From the NCBI GenBank assembly GCA_963802945.1, contig CAWDKY010000028.1, forward strand, positions 1-64,000: a stretch of 64,000 bases of DNA. Direction: 5' to 3'. This DNA is from an uncultured delta proteobacterium. GTDB lineage: Bacteria; Desulfobacterota; RBG-13-43-22. The position numbers and the translations under genes were made by a program. Below are positions 49,671 to 60,152 of the stretch, in pieces. Numbering within the stretch: the stretch's first letter is position 1; every line of letters starts with the position of its first letter. A model generated the notes under the pieces. It had not been told where the DNA came from, did not search any database, and saw only the letters and a list, made by a program, of their open reading frames with translations.

Positions 49671-51107
49671 ATGGGAATTCGTACGGTGGAAGAATACAAG
49701 GAAAGTTTACGCGATGGAAGGCGGGTGTATATTCGGGGGGAAAAGGTGGAAGATATTACCAAGCACCGAATCCTGGGCATCACCTGTGACACCATCGCTG
49801 CCGGTTATGAACTGACGGCCTCCAAAGACCCGGAGGTCCACGATCTTTTCGTGGCCCCTCATCCGGAAACAGGCGAGCCGATCAACCGCTATTTTATTAC
49901 ACCGTCCAGTAAAAAAGACCTGGCCGACCGCACCAAGATGATTCAGCATTCCATCCAACTGATCGGTGGTCTTCCCTTCGGTAAGGATATCGGGACCGAC
50001 TGCCTCAATGCCGCCTTTGTCGTGGCCGGTCAGATGGGGAAGAAACAATACCAGGACAATGCCAAAAATTTTCTGGAACACCTCCGAAAGAATGATTTGC
50101 ATACCTGCGGGGCGGTCACCTGTGTCAAAGGGGACCGGTCCAAAGAACCGTCCAAACAGAAGCATCCGGATTACTATCTCCACGTGGTGGATAAAAACAA
50201 AGAGGGCATCGTCGTCAAAGGGGCCAAGATACACATCACCAGTGCCCCGGCGGCCAACGAGATCCTGGTTGTTCCCACCCGGCAGATGCGTGAAGATGAG
50301 GCCGACTATGCGGTGAGTTTTGCCATACCGGCCAACACCAAGGGGGTGACCTTTATTTGCCGCAGTGGGCGCGGCGCCTGGTCGGACCATGAATTCCATG
50401 CCGACCGCCCGGTCAGGGAGCTGACCGAGGCCATGATCGTCTTTGATAATGTTTTTGTCCCCTGGGAGCGGGTCTTTATGTGCGGGGAATGGCAGTTCTC
50501 CATGCTCCTGGCTTATACCTTTGCCACCTTCCACCGGTTTACGGCCATCAGTTACAAGGTTCCGGCCGTGGAGGTGATGGCCGGCTGTGCCGTGGCCATG
50601 GCCAAATATAACGGGTTGGAAAGGGTAGGGCACATCAGGGACAAACTGGCCGATATTGCCGCCTACGTGGAAACCCTCCGCGCCTTGGCCAATGCGGCGG
50701 CCAATGACCCGGTCATGCACGGCAATATCGCCGTCCCCAATCCCTTGATCGCCAACATGGCCAAGCTTCATTTTGCCAGTAAATATCACACCTTTGTCGA
50801 ATTGATCCAGGACATCAGCGGCGGGATCGTTGCCACTTCACCGGACAAAAAAGACTGGGAGAATCCCGATATCCACGATTACCTGGAGCACTATTTGGGA
50901 GGATCAGAAAAATACAGCACCCTGGATCGGCTTAAAATGGTTCACGAAACTATGAGACATATCTGTTCCCACGAGTCGGCCTTTCATGAAGTGACCACCG
51001 TTCACGCCGAAGGTTCGATGGCGGCTCAGAAGATGATGATCTACGCCGAATCCCCGCTGAAACGCTATGAAACCATGGCCATGGCGGCTGCGGGCATTAC
51101 CGCATAG
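49671..51107 (+). CDS. HpaB/AbfD (4-hydroxyphenylacetate 3-hydroxylase / 4-hydroxybutyryl-CoA dehydratase) family flavoprotein
   Basis: Y.ESLRDGR.VYI.GE, KGDRS, GAKIH.T, FDNVFVPWERVF, H.EGS. Confidence 0.88.
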   Translation: MGIRTVEEYKESLRDGRRVYIRGEKVEDITKHRILGITCDTIAAGYELTASKDPEVHDLFVAPHPETGEPINRYFITPSSKKDLADRTKMIQHSIQLIGGLPFGKDIGTDCLNAAFVVAGQMGKKQYQDNAKNFLEHLRKNDLHTCGAVTCVKGDRSKEPSKQKHPDYYLHVVDKNKEGIVVKGAKIHITSAPAANEILVVPTRQMREDEADYAVSFAIPANTKGVTFICRSGRGAWSDHEFHADRPVRELTEAMIVFDNVFVPWERVFMCGEWQFSMLLAYTFATFHRFTAISYKVPAVEVMAGCAVAMAKYNGLERVGHIRDKLADIAAYVETLRALANAAANDPVMHGNIAVPNPLIANMAKLHFASKYHTFVELIQDISGGIVATSPDKKDWENPDIHDYLEHYLGGSEKYSTLDRLKMVHETMRHICSHESAFHEVTTVHAEGSMAAQKMMIYAESPLKRYETMAMAAAGITA

Positions 51108-51159
51108 GGAACGGGTTAGATAAGGAGATAGAAAAGTAGGGGAAGAAGGGTAAATCAAA

Positions 51160-51921
51160 ATGAATAATCATCTCCTGTGGCAGTATAGGTCTTTTCTCAA
51201 GGATACAATCCGAAAAACCGTCGATTTCTCACAGACAGATCAAAACTTAGGCCTCGGACCACCTCCGATTGAAAAACATTTCTCCGCCGATGCCTTGAGG
51301 ATCGATCTTTTGAAAGAAGATTCCTGGAAAAACATCTCAGCCATCAGTCTGTCAGAAGCCATTAAAAACCGCAGAAGCCACAGGACCTTCGTGAATCGAT
51401 CTCTGAAGTTGAACGAGCTTTCTTTTCTCTTATGGGCCACCCAGGGCATCCGCCATCGGATCGACCAAGGACATGCTTACCGAACCGTCCCTTCTGCCGG
51501 CTGTCGCCATGCCCTGGAAACCTATATGTGTATTTTGAAAGTGGAAGGCCTTGAACCGGGAGTGTACCGCTATCTTCCCCTGGAACATCAACTGCTCTTT
51601 GAATTCAGCGAAGATCGAATGACGGAAAAGCTGGTTGAGGCTGTTTTAGGACAACCCTACCCCGGCAAAGCGGCGGCGACTTTTATCTGGACGGCTTTGC
51701 CCTACAGGATGGAATGGCGATACGGGCTGGCCGCCCATAAGGTAATCGCCATAGAAGCCGGGCACGTTTGTCAGAATCTTTATCTTGCCTGTGAAGCCAT
51801 CGGCTCCGGGACCTGCGCCATTGCCGCTTACGATCAGGAAGCCATAGACAAATTCTTGAGAATTGACGGCCAGGATGAATTCGTCATTTATCTTGCGCCA
51901 GTAGGAAAAGTGAAAATCTGA
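51160..51921 (+). CDS. SagB/ThcOx-family nitroreductase
   Basis: RRS.R, RTVPSAG.RH, EAGHVCQN. Confidence 0.9.
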   Translation: MNNHLLWQYRSFLKDTIRKTVDFSQTDQNLGLGPPPIEKHFSADALRIDLLKEDSWKNISAISLSEAIKNRRSHRTFVNRSLKLNELSFLLWATQGIRHRIDQGHAYRTVPSAGCRHALETYMCILKVEGLEPGVYRYLPLEHQLLFEFSEDRMTEKLVEAVLGQPYPGKAAATFIWTALPYRMEWRYGLAAHKVIAIEAGHVCQNLYLACEAIGSGTCAIAAYDQEAIDKFLRIDGQDEFVIYLAPVGKVKI

Positions 51922-52147
51922 AAACCTCGACTTAATACGACTTTTAAATCGGATGTCTAACGACTTCTTCCTGTACTCTTTAACCCTCCTCTTTTGAAAA
52001 ACCACAAGATTTCAAACGGTAATCAACGAAAGGGATTTGAAATTTATTGACTTTATATGAAAAAAAGCGTAGACATTTCTTAGTATCTTGATAAAGTTTT
52101 CTTTTTGACAACCTTTTACCAAGGGAGTGTCGATGGAAGATTATTAG

Positions 52148-52183
52148 ACCCCATTTCTCAAGAGAGAGGTGGGGTTTTTTATT
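52148..52183 (+). terminator. Intrinsic terminator-like hairpin upstream of a small membrane gene
   Basis: accccatttctc-aaga-gagaggtggggt followed by a T run. Confidence 0.65.
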
Positions 52184-52288
52184 GGGAAGGTAGTTATTAA
52201 CAATTTTGTTCTGGACATAACCTAAAGGGAAAATAATTCCAATGCTCTTGGGGTGAAAGCCGGGGGGGACTATGAAAGGAAGGTTAAA

Positions 52289-52588
52289 ATGATTGGTATG
52301 GATTTCATCAGTTTCATCATTCTATTGGTTATTAGTATTATAGTTGCCGGGATACTCCACTTCGTCTTTAAATTCTACATTATGCCGGGATGGTTGTCAT
52401 ATATATCAAAGGTCATCATCGGCTGGTTCGGAGCATGGTTGGGTTCCCCGGTATTTGGTTACTGGTGGAAAGGCTTAAATTATAAGGAAGTATATATTGT
52501 CCCTGCGATTCTGGGTTCTTTATCAATCTTGATTTTTTTAGTGGACTTTATAAAGACTCGTGCTTCAGTTTTTAAAAGTACGGGCTAA
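52289..52588 (+). CDS. GlsB/YeaQ/YmgE-like small membrane protein
   Basis: Three hydrophobic helices, GWFGAWLG, PAILGS. Confidence 0.75.
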   Translation: MIGMDFISFIILLVISIIVAGILHFVFKFYIMPGWLSYISKVIIGWFGAWLGSPVFGYWWKGLNYKEVYIVPAILGSLSILIFLVDFIKTRASVFKSTG

Positions 52589-52822
52589 TTATCCCCCACT
52601 ATCTCAGCCTGATGAGAAATTAACTTTACAGGTTCCCCCCTGATGCATCATTAATAAGTGAGAAGTGGGGTTTTTTTGTTGCTTTGGTTTTATTGTTTTT
52701 TAGCTTGCCCTAAGTTTAGGGGCCCTAAGGAAAGGGGGATTTTTGCCAGAAAAAAATAGATGAGGTTATTTTAAGAGAAGACGTTTTGCTTTTAATATTT
52801 TAAGTTAAGGAGGAGGTTTAAA

Positions 52823-54259
52823 ATGAAAAAGGGTAAAGGAATTTTAATGTTTCTCTGTGTTTTTTCTTTTTTCTTCCTGGTAACAGCCATGAGTCCGACC
52901 CTGGGTATGGCGGCGCAGAAAGCCAAGGCGCCGGCGGTGAAAGCCAGATTTGATGTCAACAAAATGGCTGACATGTCAGACTTCGATCCCAGCAACTGGG
53001 CAAACCCGACCGGGGACACCATCAAGATCGCTGTGGTAGCTACCTTTTCCGGTCCGGCCGCTGCGGTGGGAGAAGGTTTCTGGCTCAATGCCACCTGGGC
53101 AGCCCACGATTACAACAAAAGGGGCGGGATCATGGTGGACGGCAAAAAGAAGCTGATCCAGCTCTTCAAGGCCGATACGATGTCGAGGCCCGACCAAGCC
53201 AAGAAGATCTGTGAGCAGATGGTCCTGCAAGAAGGGGTCAAATTCCTTTGGGGCGCTGATGGCAGCCACATTGTGAAAGTCATGAACCAAACGGCCGATA
53301 AATATAAGGTCATTTCCGTGAACATGATTTCCTTAGCCGATGAACTCCAGGATGCCCAAAATTTTTCCCGCTATGCCTTTATGACTTGGTGGCAGACCTC
53401 ACAGGTCGGCCGTGCTACAGCCTATTTTTACGGCCAGATCAGGAAAAAGGAAAAAAAGTTCTACATCATCGGTCAGGACTACCTGTTCGGCCATGACATG
53501 GCCGAAAACTTCAAAAAAGGGTTAAAGGAATACTATCCCGAGGCTCAGGTCGTCGGCGAGGATTTTCATAAGCTGTTCCAGACAGACTATGCCCCTTATA
53601 TTTCCAAGATAAAGGCCTCCGGAGCTGAGGTGGTTTACACCGGAGATTGGGATCCGGATGCCACCAACCTGCTCAAACAATCCAGAGCGATGGGGTTGAA
53701 CATTCCTTTTGCCCACATTTACATGACTAACTACGCTACCATGGCCGACCTGGGGGTTGAGGCTACCAAAGGTTTGCAACTGGCCGGCCCTTATTACGGG
53801 GCAACCATGCCATGGTTCAAAGCACCGGGGTATAAAAAATACTGGGATGCAATGCAGACTGCCTATAAGAGATTCAAACCACCATATGATAAATTGCTTT
53901 ACTCGCAGGGGTGGGACCCCATATCAATGGAGTTTAATTGGCTTTTGAGCGTCATCGAAAGAGCTCAAAGTACCGACCCAGAGAAGATCATCAAGACTTG
54001 GGAGGGAGACACCTACCAATACGTAAATGGCCATGTCAAGAAAATGCGGCCCTGCGATCACAATACGATTCAGGATCTTTATATCACCGAGTATGTCCCA
54101 CCCGATCAACAAAAGGTGGCCATAAATATTCCGCCTTATAAGTGGACGGATAAATCTTCCTGGTGGGGCCCCACGTACTTGGTACCGGCGGCCAAAGTCC
54201 TTCCCTGGATGGATCCGAAACTGGAAAGGTGCAGTGGAAAGAAACCGTCGGGAGATTAG
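52823..54259 (+). CDS. Liv-type ABC substrate-binding protein (orphan)
   Basis: Signal peptide, IKIAVV..FSGPAA, QDY.FG, DYAPYISKIK. Confidence 0.88.
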   Translation: MKKGKGILMFLCVFSFFFLVTAMSPTLGMAAQKAKAPAVKARFDVNKMADMSDFDPSNWANPTGDTIKIAVVATFSGPAAAVGEGFWLNATWAAHDYNKRGGIMVDGKKKLIQLFKADTMSRPDQAKKICEQMVLQEGVKFLWGADGSHIVKVMNQTADKYKVISVNMISLADELQDAQNFSRYAFMTWWQTSQVGRATAYFYGQIRKKEKKFYIIGQDYLFGHDMAENFKKGLKEYYPEAQVVGEDFHKLFQTDYAPYISKIKASGAEVVYTGDWDPDATNLLKQSRAMGLNIPFAHIYMTNYATMADLGVEATKGLQLAGPYYGATMPWFKAPGYKKYWDAMQTAYKRFKPPYDKLLYSQGWDPISMEFNWLLSVIERAQSTDPEKIIKTWEGDTYQYVNGHVKKMRPCDHNTIQDLYITEYVPPDQQKVAINIPPYKWTDKSSWWGPTYLVPAAKVLPWMDPKLERCSGKKPSGD

Positions 54260-54754
54260 CTAACAGAAAATCACCCAATATAAAATCTATTGCAAGTCCG
54301 ATTTTCACCCAAAAGCGCCTTGATTTTTTTCAAGGTAAGATCACTCCCGACTATATCCATCCAAGCCGCCTCGTCTGACCGTGGGGCGGATTGTACAGTT
54401 CAAGCTGTAATAGTTAATTTTTGGAACGATCGCCTTAGAATAGTTATAGAAATACTTGAAGAATTCGGTGAGGTGAGGCCATGTTTGAGGAAACCTGTGG
54501 GCTTCTTCTTGATCTTAAAGAGAACCTATTACTATGATGTAATACCTCGACTCTTATCCGTTACAATCATTGTGAAAATTACTATTTTTTATAGTCATAG
54601 TATTCTGTTTTTGAGTTTGATGGTGATTTCTTTTCTCATTTCAGATCTTTTGTGGCCCTTAAAGGAAGAGAAGGGTTCTTTTTTTCAATAATTAGTCTAT
54701 TAGTCCTGAAAATTACCCTAATGGTTTAAAGTTAACCAAAAAGGAGGTAGAAAA

Positions 54755-55801
54755 ATGGATTCTGTGGGCATAAGAGTAAGAGATTATGAGGAGAGGCTTC
54801 ACGAGAAGAAGTACAAAAGGAGATTGAACAAGCTGATGAGTGAGAAGGATGCGGTGGAGACATTTCTTCATGATGGTGATTCATTTTGTATGGGTGGATT
54901 TGTCGGGTGGAGACAGCCTGAATCCATAATGAGGGAAATAGGACGCCAGGGAAAGAAACACTTATCGGTAATTGATGAGAGCAGCGATTCGGGTGGGATA
55001 GATTTGTTAGTGGCCTTAGGGGCGCTTGACAGGATAGATATAGCCTACTGGCCAATCCGTCAAATTGGCGGCTTTTCCGGCCATCCCGCCATAGATCACT
55101 CTCAAAGGGACGGGGTACCACGTCCGATGGACGGGGGCGGCGTTTTGACAACACCGAAGGGTAAAATTAAAGATGATACGCCTCCTGTCAAGGTGGTGGA
55201 CTGGACAAACTTCCAGATATCAATGAGATTTATGGCCGGAGCGCTAAATGTGCCCTTTATACCGAACCGCTCCGCAATGCAGACTGATATTATCAATTAC
55301 AACAAAGAAATCATGACAATGAATGACCCATATCTAAACACACTAATCTTACTGATCCCCGCTTATCAACCGGATGTTGCCTTCATTTCCGTTCAAAGGG
55401 CGGACCGGAGAGGCAACGGTCAGATATGGGGCATGAGGGGGTCCGAATACTGGAAGGCCAGGGCGGCCAAGCATGTGGTCCTGCTTACCGAAGAACTCGT
55501 TCCAACCTACAAAATATATGAAAACGCCGGCCTCACCGTAATACCGGCTTATTGTACCGATGCGGTTGTCCACCTTCCCTTTAACTGCCTCCCCACTGGC
55601 TGTTATGGAATGTATACAGGAGAAGGATTATTAGCAACTGGTCATTTGATGCAGAAACAGACCCGTGAGGGCTACTTGAAATGGATTGACGAGTGGATTT
55701 ACGGCACCAAGGATCACTTGGATTGGTGCGATAAAATAGGTTGGGAAATAATCAACAGACTGGCTAAATCAGAGCGTGTTTATAATCGAATTCCAGAGTG
55801 A
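54755..55801 (+). CDS. Family I CoA-transferase subunit A (GctA-like)
   Basis: DGD...GGF, RF.AGA..VPF.P, PDVA...VQRAD..GN. Confidence 0.85.
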   Translation: MDSVGIRVRDYEERLHEKKYKRRLNKLMSEKDAVETFLHDGDSFCMGGFVGWRQPESIMREIGRQGKKHLSVIDESSDSGGIDLLVALGALDRIDIAYWPIRQIGGFSGHPAIDHSQRDGVPRPMDGGGVLTTPKGKIKDDTPPVKVVDWTNFQISMRFMAGALNVPFIPNRSAMQTDIINYNKEIMTMNDPYLNTLILLIPAYQPDVAFISVQRADRRGNGQIWGMRGSEYWKARAAKHVVLLTEELVPTYKIYENAGLTVIPAYCTDAVVHLPFNCLPTGCYGMYTGEGLLATGHLMQKQTREGYLKWIDEWIYGTKDHLDWCDKIGWEIINRLAKSERVYNRIPE

Positions 55802-55829
55802 AAAAAATAATCCAAAAGGAGGTATAAAA

Positions 55830-56771
55830 ATGTTTAGACAATATACAATGAGGGACAAGTTTACGCCTGAACAGCTTAAACAGATGAAGGAAGGATTATT
55901 GCCATCCCAGAAGATATGCACGGTCGCCGCCAGGGAATTCGAGGACCATGAGGTGTTATTCGGAGGCGTGGGAATTGCCTTCCTGGCTGTAGCTATCTCA
56001 AAGTTGGTCTATACCCATAACGTCATACTAGTAGCGGAAGCAGGTTATATTGGATTTGCTGGAGTTTCAGCCATGGGCAGCCCGGCCGATAATTGGGGGG
56101 GCACAATGGCCATGTGCCATCAGGGACTTCCTGAAACTTTTATAGATAATCAGGCCGGTTTTGTCGACGCAGCTTGCCTGGGATTTGCCCAGATGGACAA
56201 ATATGGAAATGTAAATGTTACTTATATCGTCAAGCCAGACATCAGGATGAATGGCAGCGGTGGCGGCAGCGATATAGCCTCTTCAGCTGGAAGAATTGTC
56301 TTTACCATTGAGTATAACCCCAGGCAGTGGGTAAATAAACTTGACTACATAACCGAACCAGGCTTCTTCGATGGCAGCCCTGACGCCAGAAAGAAGGCGG
56401 GTCTCATAGGAACAGGACCGTCCGCCGTCGTCTCTGATAGAGGGATCTTCAGATTTGACTCTGAGAGTCATGAGATATATCTTTCCGAGATATTTCCCTG
56501 GCAGGATGAGGCCGATATTGAAGAGATAGTGAAGGCTTTCCCCTGGGAACTGAAGGTGTCGAGCGATTTGAAAATTATTGAGCCTCCCACCGAAAAGGAA
56601 CTCTGGGCGATGAGATTAATGGATCCACTTGGTGGATGGACGATAGCCAATTTAATGGACAGACCTGTTGGCAAGGTTATGAGGGAAGGCAGATTTAATC
56701 TCGATGGAACACTTGATTTATTGAGGCCGCGTGAGGCTTCGATCAGAGAGGCAATGGACATATTAAGTTGA
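55830..56771 (+). CDS. Family I CoA-transferase subunit B (GctB-like)
   Basis: GVG, VAEAG (candidate catalytic Glu), AQMDKYGNVN, GSGG..D. Confidence 0.85.
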   Translation: MFRQYTMRDKFTPEQLKQMKEGLLPSQKICTVAAREFEDHEVLFGGVGIAFLAVAISKLVYTHNVILVAEAGYIGFAGVSAMGSPADNWGGTMAMCHQGLPETFIDNQAGFVDAACLGFAQMDKYGNVNVTYIVKPDIRMNGSGGGSDIASSAGRIVFTIEYNPRQWVNKLDYITEPGFFDGSPDARKKAGLIGTGPSAVVSDRGIFRFDSESHEIYLSEIFPWQDEADIEEIVKAFPWELKVSSDLKIIEPPTEKELWAMRLMDPLGGWTIANLMDRPVGKVMREGRFNLDGTLDLLRPREASIREAMDILS

Positions 56772-56886
56772 ATTATTAACAAGATGCCCAAACCCAAAGC
56801 CCTTAAATTTCACATCGACTCAACGGACTCCCAGCTTCCTTTCTATACTGAAGCTCGAAGAGGTGCGAATACTACCCTATTCCGGT

Positions 56887-57000
56887 TTGGGTTATATATA
56901 GTTAAGGGAGGTCTATGCTGGAGCGGTTCGCAAGGAAGAGGCCATGACGAATCTGAAAAAGGCCGAGGACATGTTCCAGGAGATGAGCATGGATTATTAC
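56887..57000 (+). pseudogene. C-terminal remnant of a TPR-type protein
   Basis: LGYI*LREVYA...EEAMTNLKKAEDMFQEMSMDYY resembles TPR tails; contains an internal stop. Confidence 0.4.
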
Positions 57001-57139
57001 CAAGGCGCAGGAGGCGCTGGCGAAGCTGTAGAGAATTCAAGGAGCTTCTATGGCACATTTCAAACGGTAATCATTAATTTTCGGGATTGCCTCTTTAGAA
57101 GATTTGTAGGTGACCTTCCCCCTAAAAGTGGACACATGG

Positions 57140-57997
57140 TTAAGTTTCATTAAGGAGCCTTTCATACTGCTCGGGGCTTCTGTACCCTAAGGCCGAATGA
57201 CTCCTCTGACGATTATAAAATACTTCCACGTACTCAAAAATACTTAGCCTGGCCTCCAGCCTTGAACGGTACCGCTCCCCATGAACCAGTTCCGTTTTCA
57301 GGGTACCAAAGAACGACTCCACATAGGCATTATCATAGCAATTGCCGCTTCGGCTCATACTCGGGATCAGGCCGTATTCTCTTAAAAGCTCCTGATAGGC
57401 ATAGCTGGCATACTGCCGGCCTCGATCGGAATGATGAATCAACCCTTCCGTGGGGCTTTGCCTGCCCACAGCATCCCTGAGCGCAGCAGAAGCCAGCTCC
57501 TGAGACAACTTGTCGCTCATGGAAAGCCCGATGATCTTCCTACTTTTCACCTTCATCACCGCGGCCACATAGAGCCATCCTTCAGAAGTAGGCACAAACG
57601 TCATATCCGATGCCCATACCCCATCGGTCTGCCTCCGGTCAATCAGTAAGTTAGAAGCCAAGGCATAAGGATGCCGTGAATCGGTGGTCCGTCTGAATCT
57701 CCTTTTCTTCACCGAGGCTCTTATCGAGTGCTCTTTCATGACTCTGGCAACCCGTTTCTTCCCACATCGATACCCCTGTCTCTTCAGTTCCGCGGTAATC
57801 CGCGGACTCCCATAAAGACTTCGACTTTGATGGTGGATCTCCCGTATCTGCCTCAGCAGTTCCTCATGGCCTCTCTGGCGCAGGCTCGGCTGACGTCTCT
57901 CCCAGGCATAATAACCACTTCGGGATACCTTCAACACTTTACACATACTCTTGATCTTGTAACCCTCCCGCTGCTCTTCTATAAACCGATACTTCAT
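57140..57997 (-). CDS. IS3 transposase OrfB (DDE)
   Basis: YGSPRIT, WASDMT, HHSDRG.QY, DNAYVESFF. Confidence 0.93.
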   Translation of the reverse strand: MKYRFIEEQREGYKIKSMCKVLKVSRSGYYAWERRQPSLRQRGHEELLRQIREIHHQSRSLYGSPRITAELKRQGYRCGKKRVARVMKEHSIRASVKKRRFRRTTDSRHPYALASNLLIDRRQTDGVWASDMTFVPTSEGWLYVAAVMKVKSRKIIGLSMSDKLSQELASAALRDAVGRQSPTEGLIHHSDRGRQYASYAYQELLREYGLIPSMSRSGNCYDNAYVESFFGTLKTELVHGERYRSRLEARLSIFEYVEVFYNRQRSHSALGYRSPEQYERLLNET

Positions 57998-58290
57998 GGG
58001 TTTTGTTTGGAGAATACGGCCAAGGCTTTTTTTAAAATGTCCCTCTCTTCCCTTACCTTTCCTAAGGCCTTCCGGAGTCCCCTTATTTCCACTTCCTCTG
58101 GCTTGACACGACCCTTCCCGACAAAGGCTTGATCCCCGTTGGCTAAATACCTCCTCCTCCATCCATGAAGCAGATTAGGATGAATATCCAGCTCTCGTGC
58201 CACCTTACCCACCGGCATCCCTTTCTCGGTGACCAACTGTACGGCATCTCGTTTGAACTCACGGCTAAAATAACGATGACTTTCCCCCAT
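57994..58290 (-). CDS. IS3 transposase OrfA
   Basis: FSREFKRDAV HTH, ERDILKKA; A7G slippery run 58033-58026; ATGA overlap with orfB. Confidence 0.92.
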   Translation of the reverse strand: MGESHRYFSREFKRDAVQLVTEKGMPVGKVARELDIHPNLLHGWRRRYLANGDQAFVGKGRVKPEEVEIRGLRKALGKVREERDILKKALAVFSKQNP

Positions 58291-58460
58291 AGACACCTCC
58301 TTCCTAATAATACAAATTCTTAGTGGTGTCCATTTTTTCGGGGGAAGGTCAAGGTGTAACATTCGAATACGGTGCAATGAGGCATTTTCGAAGAAACTTG
58401 TGCAAAATAGGGACAACAGTGCTCAGCGGATACCGATTAATAATTATGGTTGGGTAGGGC

Positions 58461-59900
58461 CTACTTTTTGGCAGTGGTTTGTTTGGCTACCCATTCCCAG
58501 TAAACACCAATAGAGTAAACCGCATCCTGTATTTTGGGATACACGGGGAAGCCCGCCTTTCGTAGGGCGGAAAAGGTGGAAATCCTGGCACGCTCGACCT
58601 CAAGATGGTCTTCCGTAAAGCAGGAAAGGATCGGTATAATCGGTTTTTTTATTTCCTCGGCCATATTGAAAAAGGTCTGCTCGTCGTTTTTCACCTTTAG
58701 CATAACTTCCGACCGCATGATGTACTCGACGGAAAAATAAGGGATGATCACATCTATACCGTCATCTTCATCCATGGCCTTCATGGTATGGGACATGACT
58801 TCGAGGTCAAAACCGAATGCGCCCAGATCGACCGGGTTTGCCGTCGAAGTGTTGACGCCCTTGATCTTCTCAGCGATCATCCGTTGTGATTTTTCTGACA
58901 ATTCCGGAAGTGAAAGTCCTGCCTGTAAAGCCAGGTCAGTGAACATGACGGAAACGCCCCCTCCGGCACCAAGGAATCCGACACGTTTTCCTCCCAAGGC
59001 TTTTCTCGCCGTACTCAGCATAACCAGATTCATCATCTGATCGAAATCGTTAATTAAAATCCCTCCGTACTGGCGAATGGCCGCAGCCCAGACGGTATAA
59101 TCGCTGGCCATGGCGCCGGTGTGGCTGGCGGCCGCTCTAGCCCCTGTCTCCGTTCTCCCACCTTTAAGAATGACGACCGGTTTTTTAGCCGTCGTTCGAC
59201 CCAAAGCTTTGAGGAAGGTCCCGGTATCCTTGATGTCCTCTATATAGCAGGCAATCAACCGGATATTCTTGTCCCCGGCGAAATAATCCAGGTAATCCTC
59301 AACCCGGAGATCAATCTGATTTCCATAGGAGATGACTTTATTCAGCTTGATTTTTCTGGTCAGCGCAGTACTTACAAAATTTCCGGTAATTCCCCCGGAT
59401 TGCGCCAGGAAGGCCACTAAACCCGGCAATTTTTCCCGAATGGGCATGCCGAAACTCAGGCCCGACTCGGTGCAGTAAACACCTATACAGTTGGGGCCTA
59501 CGATCCTAACCTTTCCTTTTCGGGCTTCCCTGATCAGATCCTCCTCCAGTTGCCGGTTTCCCGTTTCTCCGAAACCGGAGGTGAAAAAATGAACGAATTT
59601 GATTTTTTTACGGACCGCGGCCCTGACGATGTCTATGGACTGTTGAACTGGTGCTGCTACAATAGCCAGATCGATATTTTCAGGAAGTTCATCAATCGAG
59701 GCATAAGCCTTTCGGCCTTCTATTTCCTTATATTTCGGATTAACCGGATAGAGGGCGCCTTGGAACTGGTTCGCCAGCAATAGCTGAAAGTAAGGGACTT
59801 TCCCTCCTCCCAGGTTGCTGGAGGCACCTATAACGGCGACACTTTTAGGATAAAATAAGCTAGTAAGATCCACTACTGAACTCCTTGTATTTCTGATCAT
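58461..59900 (-). CDS. ADP-forming acyl-CoA synthetase alpha-type (CoA-binding) protein
   Basis: SVAVIGAS, YPVNPK, VGPNCIG, AQSGG, SHTGAM, NPVD. Confidence 0.9.
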   Translation of the reverse strand: MIRNTRSSVVDLTSLFYPKSVAVIGASSNLGGGKVPYFQLLLANQFQGALYPVNPKYKEIEGRKAYASIDELPENIDLAIVAAPVQQSIDIVRAAVRKKIKFVHFFTSGFGETGNRQLEEDLIREARKGKVRIVGPNCIGVYCTESGLSFGMPIREKLPGLVAFLAQSGGITGNFVSTALTRKIKLNKVISYGNQIDLRVEDYLDYFAGDKNIRLIACYIEDIKDTGTFLKALGRTTAKKPVVILKGGRTETGARAAASHTGAMASDYTVWAAAIRQYGGILINDFDQMMNLVMLSTARKALGGKRVGFLGAGGGVSVMFTDLALQAGLSLPELSEKSQRMIAEKIKGVNTSTANPVDLGAFGFDLEVMSHTMKAMDEDDGIDVIIPYFSVEYIMRSEVMLKVKNDEQTFFNMAEEIKKPIIPILSCFTEDHLEVERARISTFSALRKAGFPVYPKIQDAVYSIGVYWEWVAKQTTAKK

Positions 59901-60152
59901 ATTTCTAACACACGAGAACTTTTTTCGAAAAAACTAATCAATCGAAAAGAGGCAAAAGACGTTAGGCGAATCATGGTGTTTGCCGGCTCCTCACCTGCAA
60001 AACATAAAACACCTTCCTTGAACTCTTTGAGCTTTTGCCGTCAACATAGTTATTTCCAAAAACAAAACTACTAAATTAACGGGCAAGGGGGTATATTATA
60101 ATACCTTTATCTTTAGGACATCCTGTTCTCCTTGGAACAGGGCGCCGATTTC

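Larger units (their letters stand above)
57111..58351 (-). mobile_element. Complete IS3-family insertion sequence (1241 bp)
   Basis: TIRs tgaccttccccc..aaa.tggacac at both ends; AGG target duplication (57108-57110, 58352-58354). Confidence 0.95.

Noticed and set aside
51160-51921. RiPP (azole) biosynthetic cluster
   Set aside because: Stand-alone SagB-like nitroreductase with no YcaO or precursor peptide nearby.
54290-54691. 133-aa ORF upstream of the CoA-transferase
   Set aside because: AT-rich intergenic/promoter-like sequence with a TTG start, no RBS and no motifs.
59940-60050. c-di-GMP-I riboswitch (GGCAAA)
   Set aside because: Lacks the GNRA-capped P2 stem and the GACGCAAAGC consensus.
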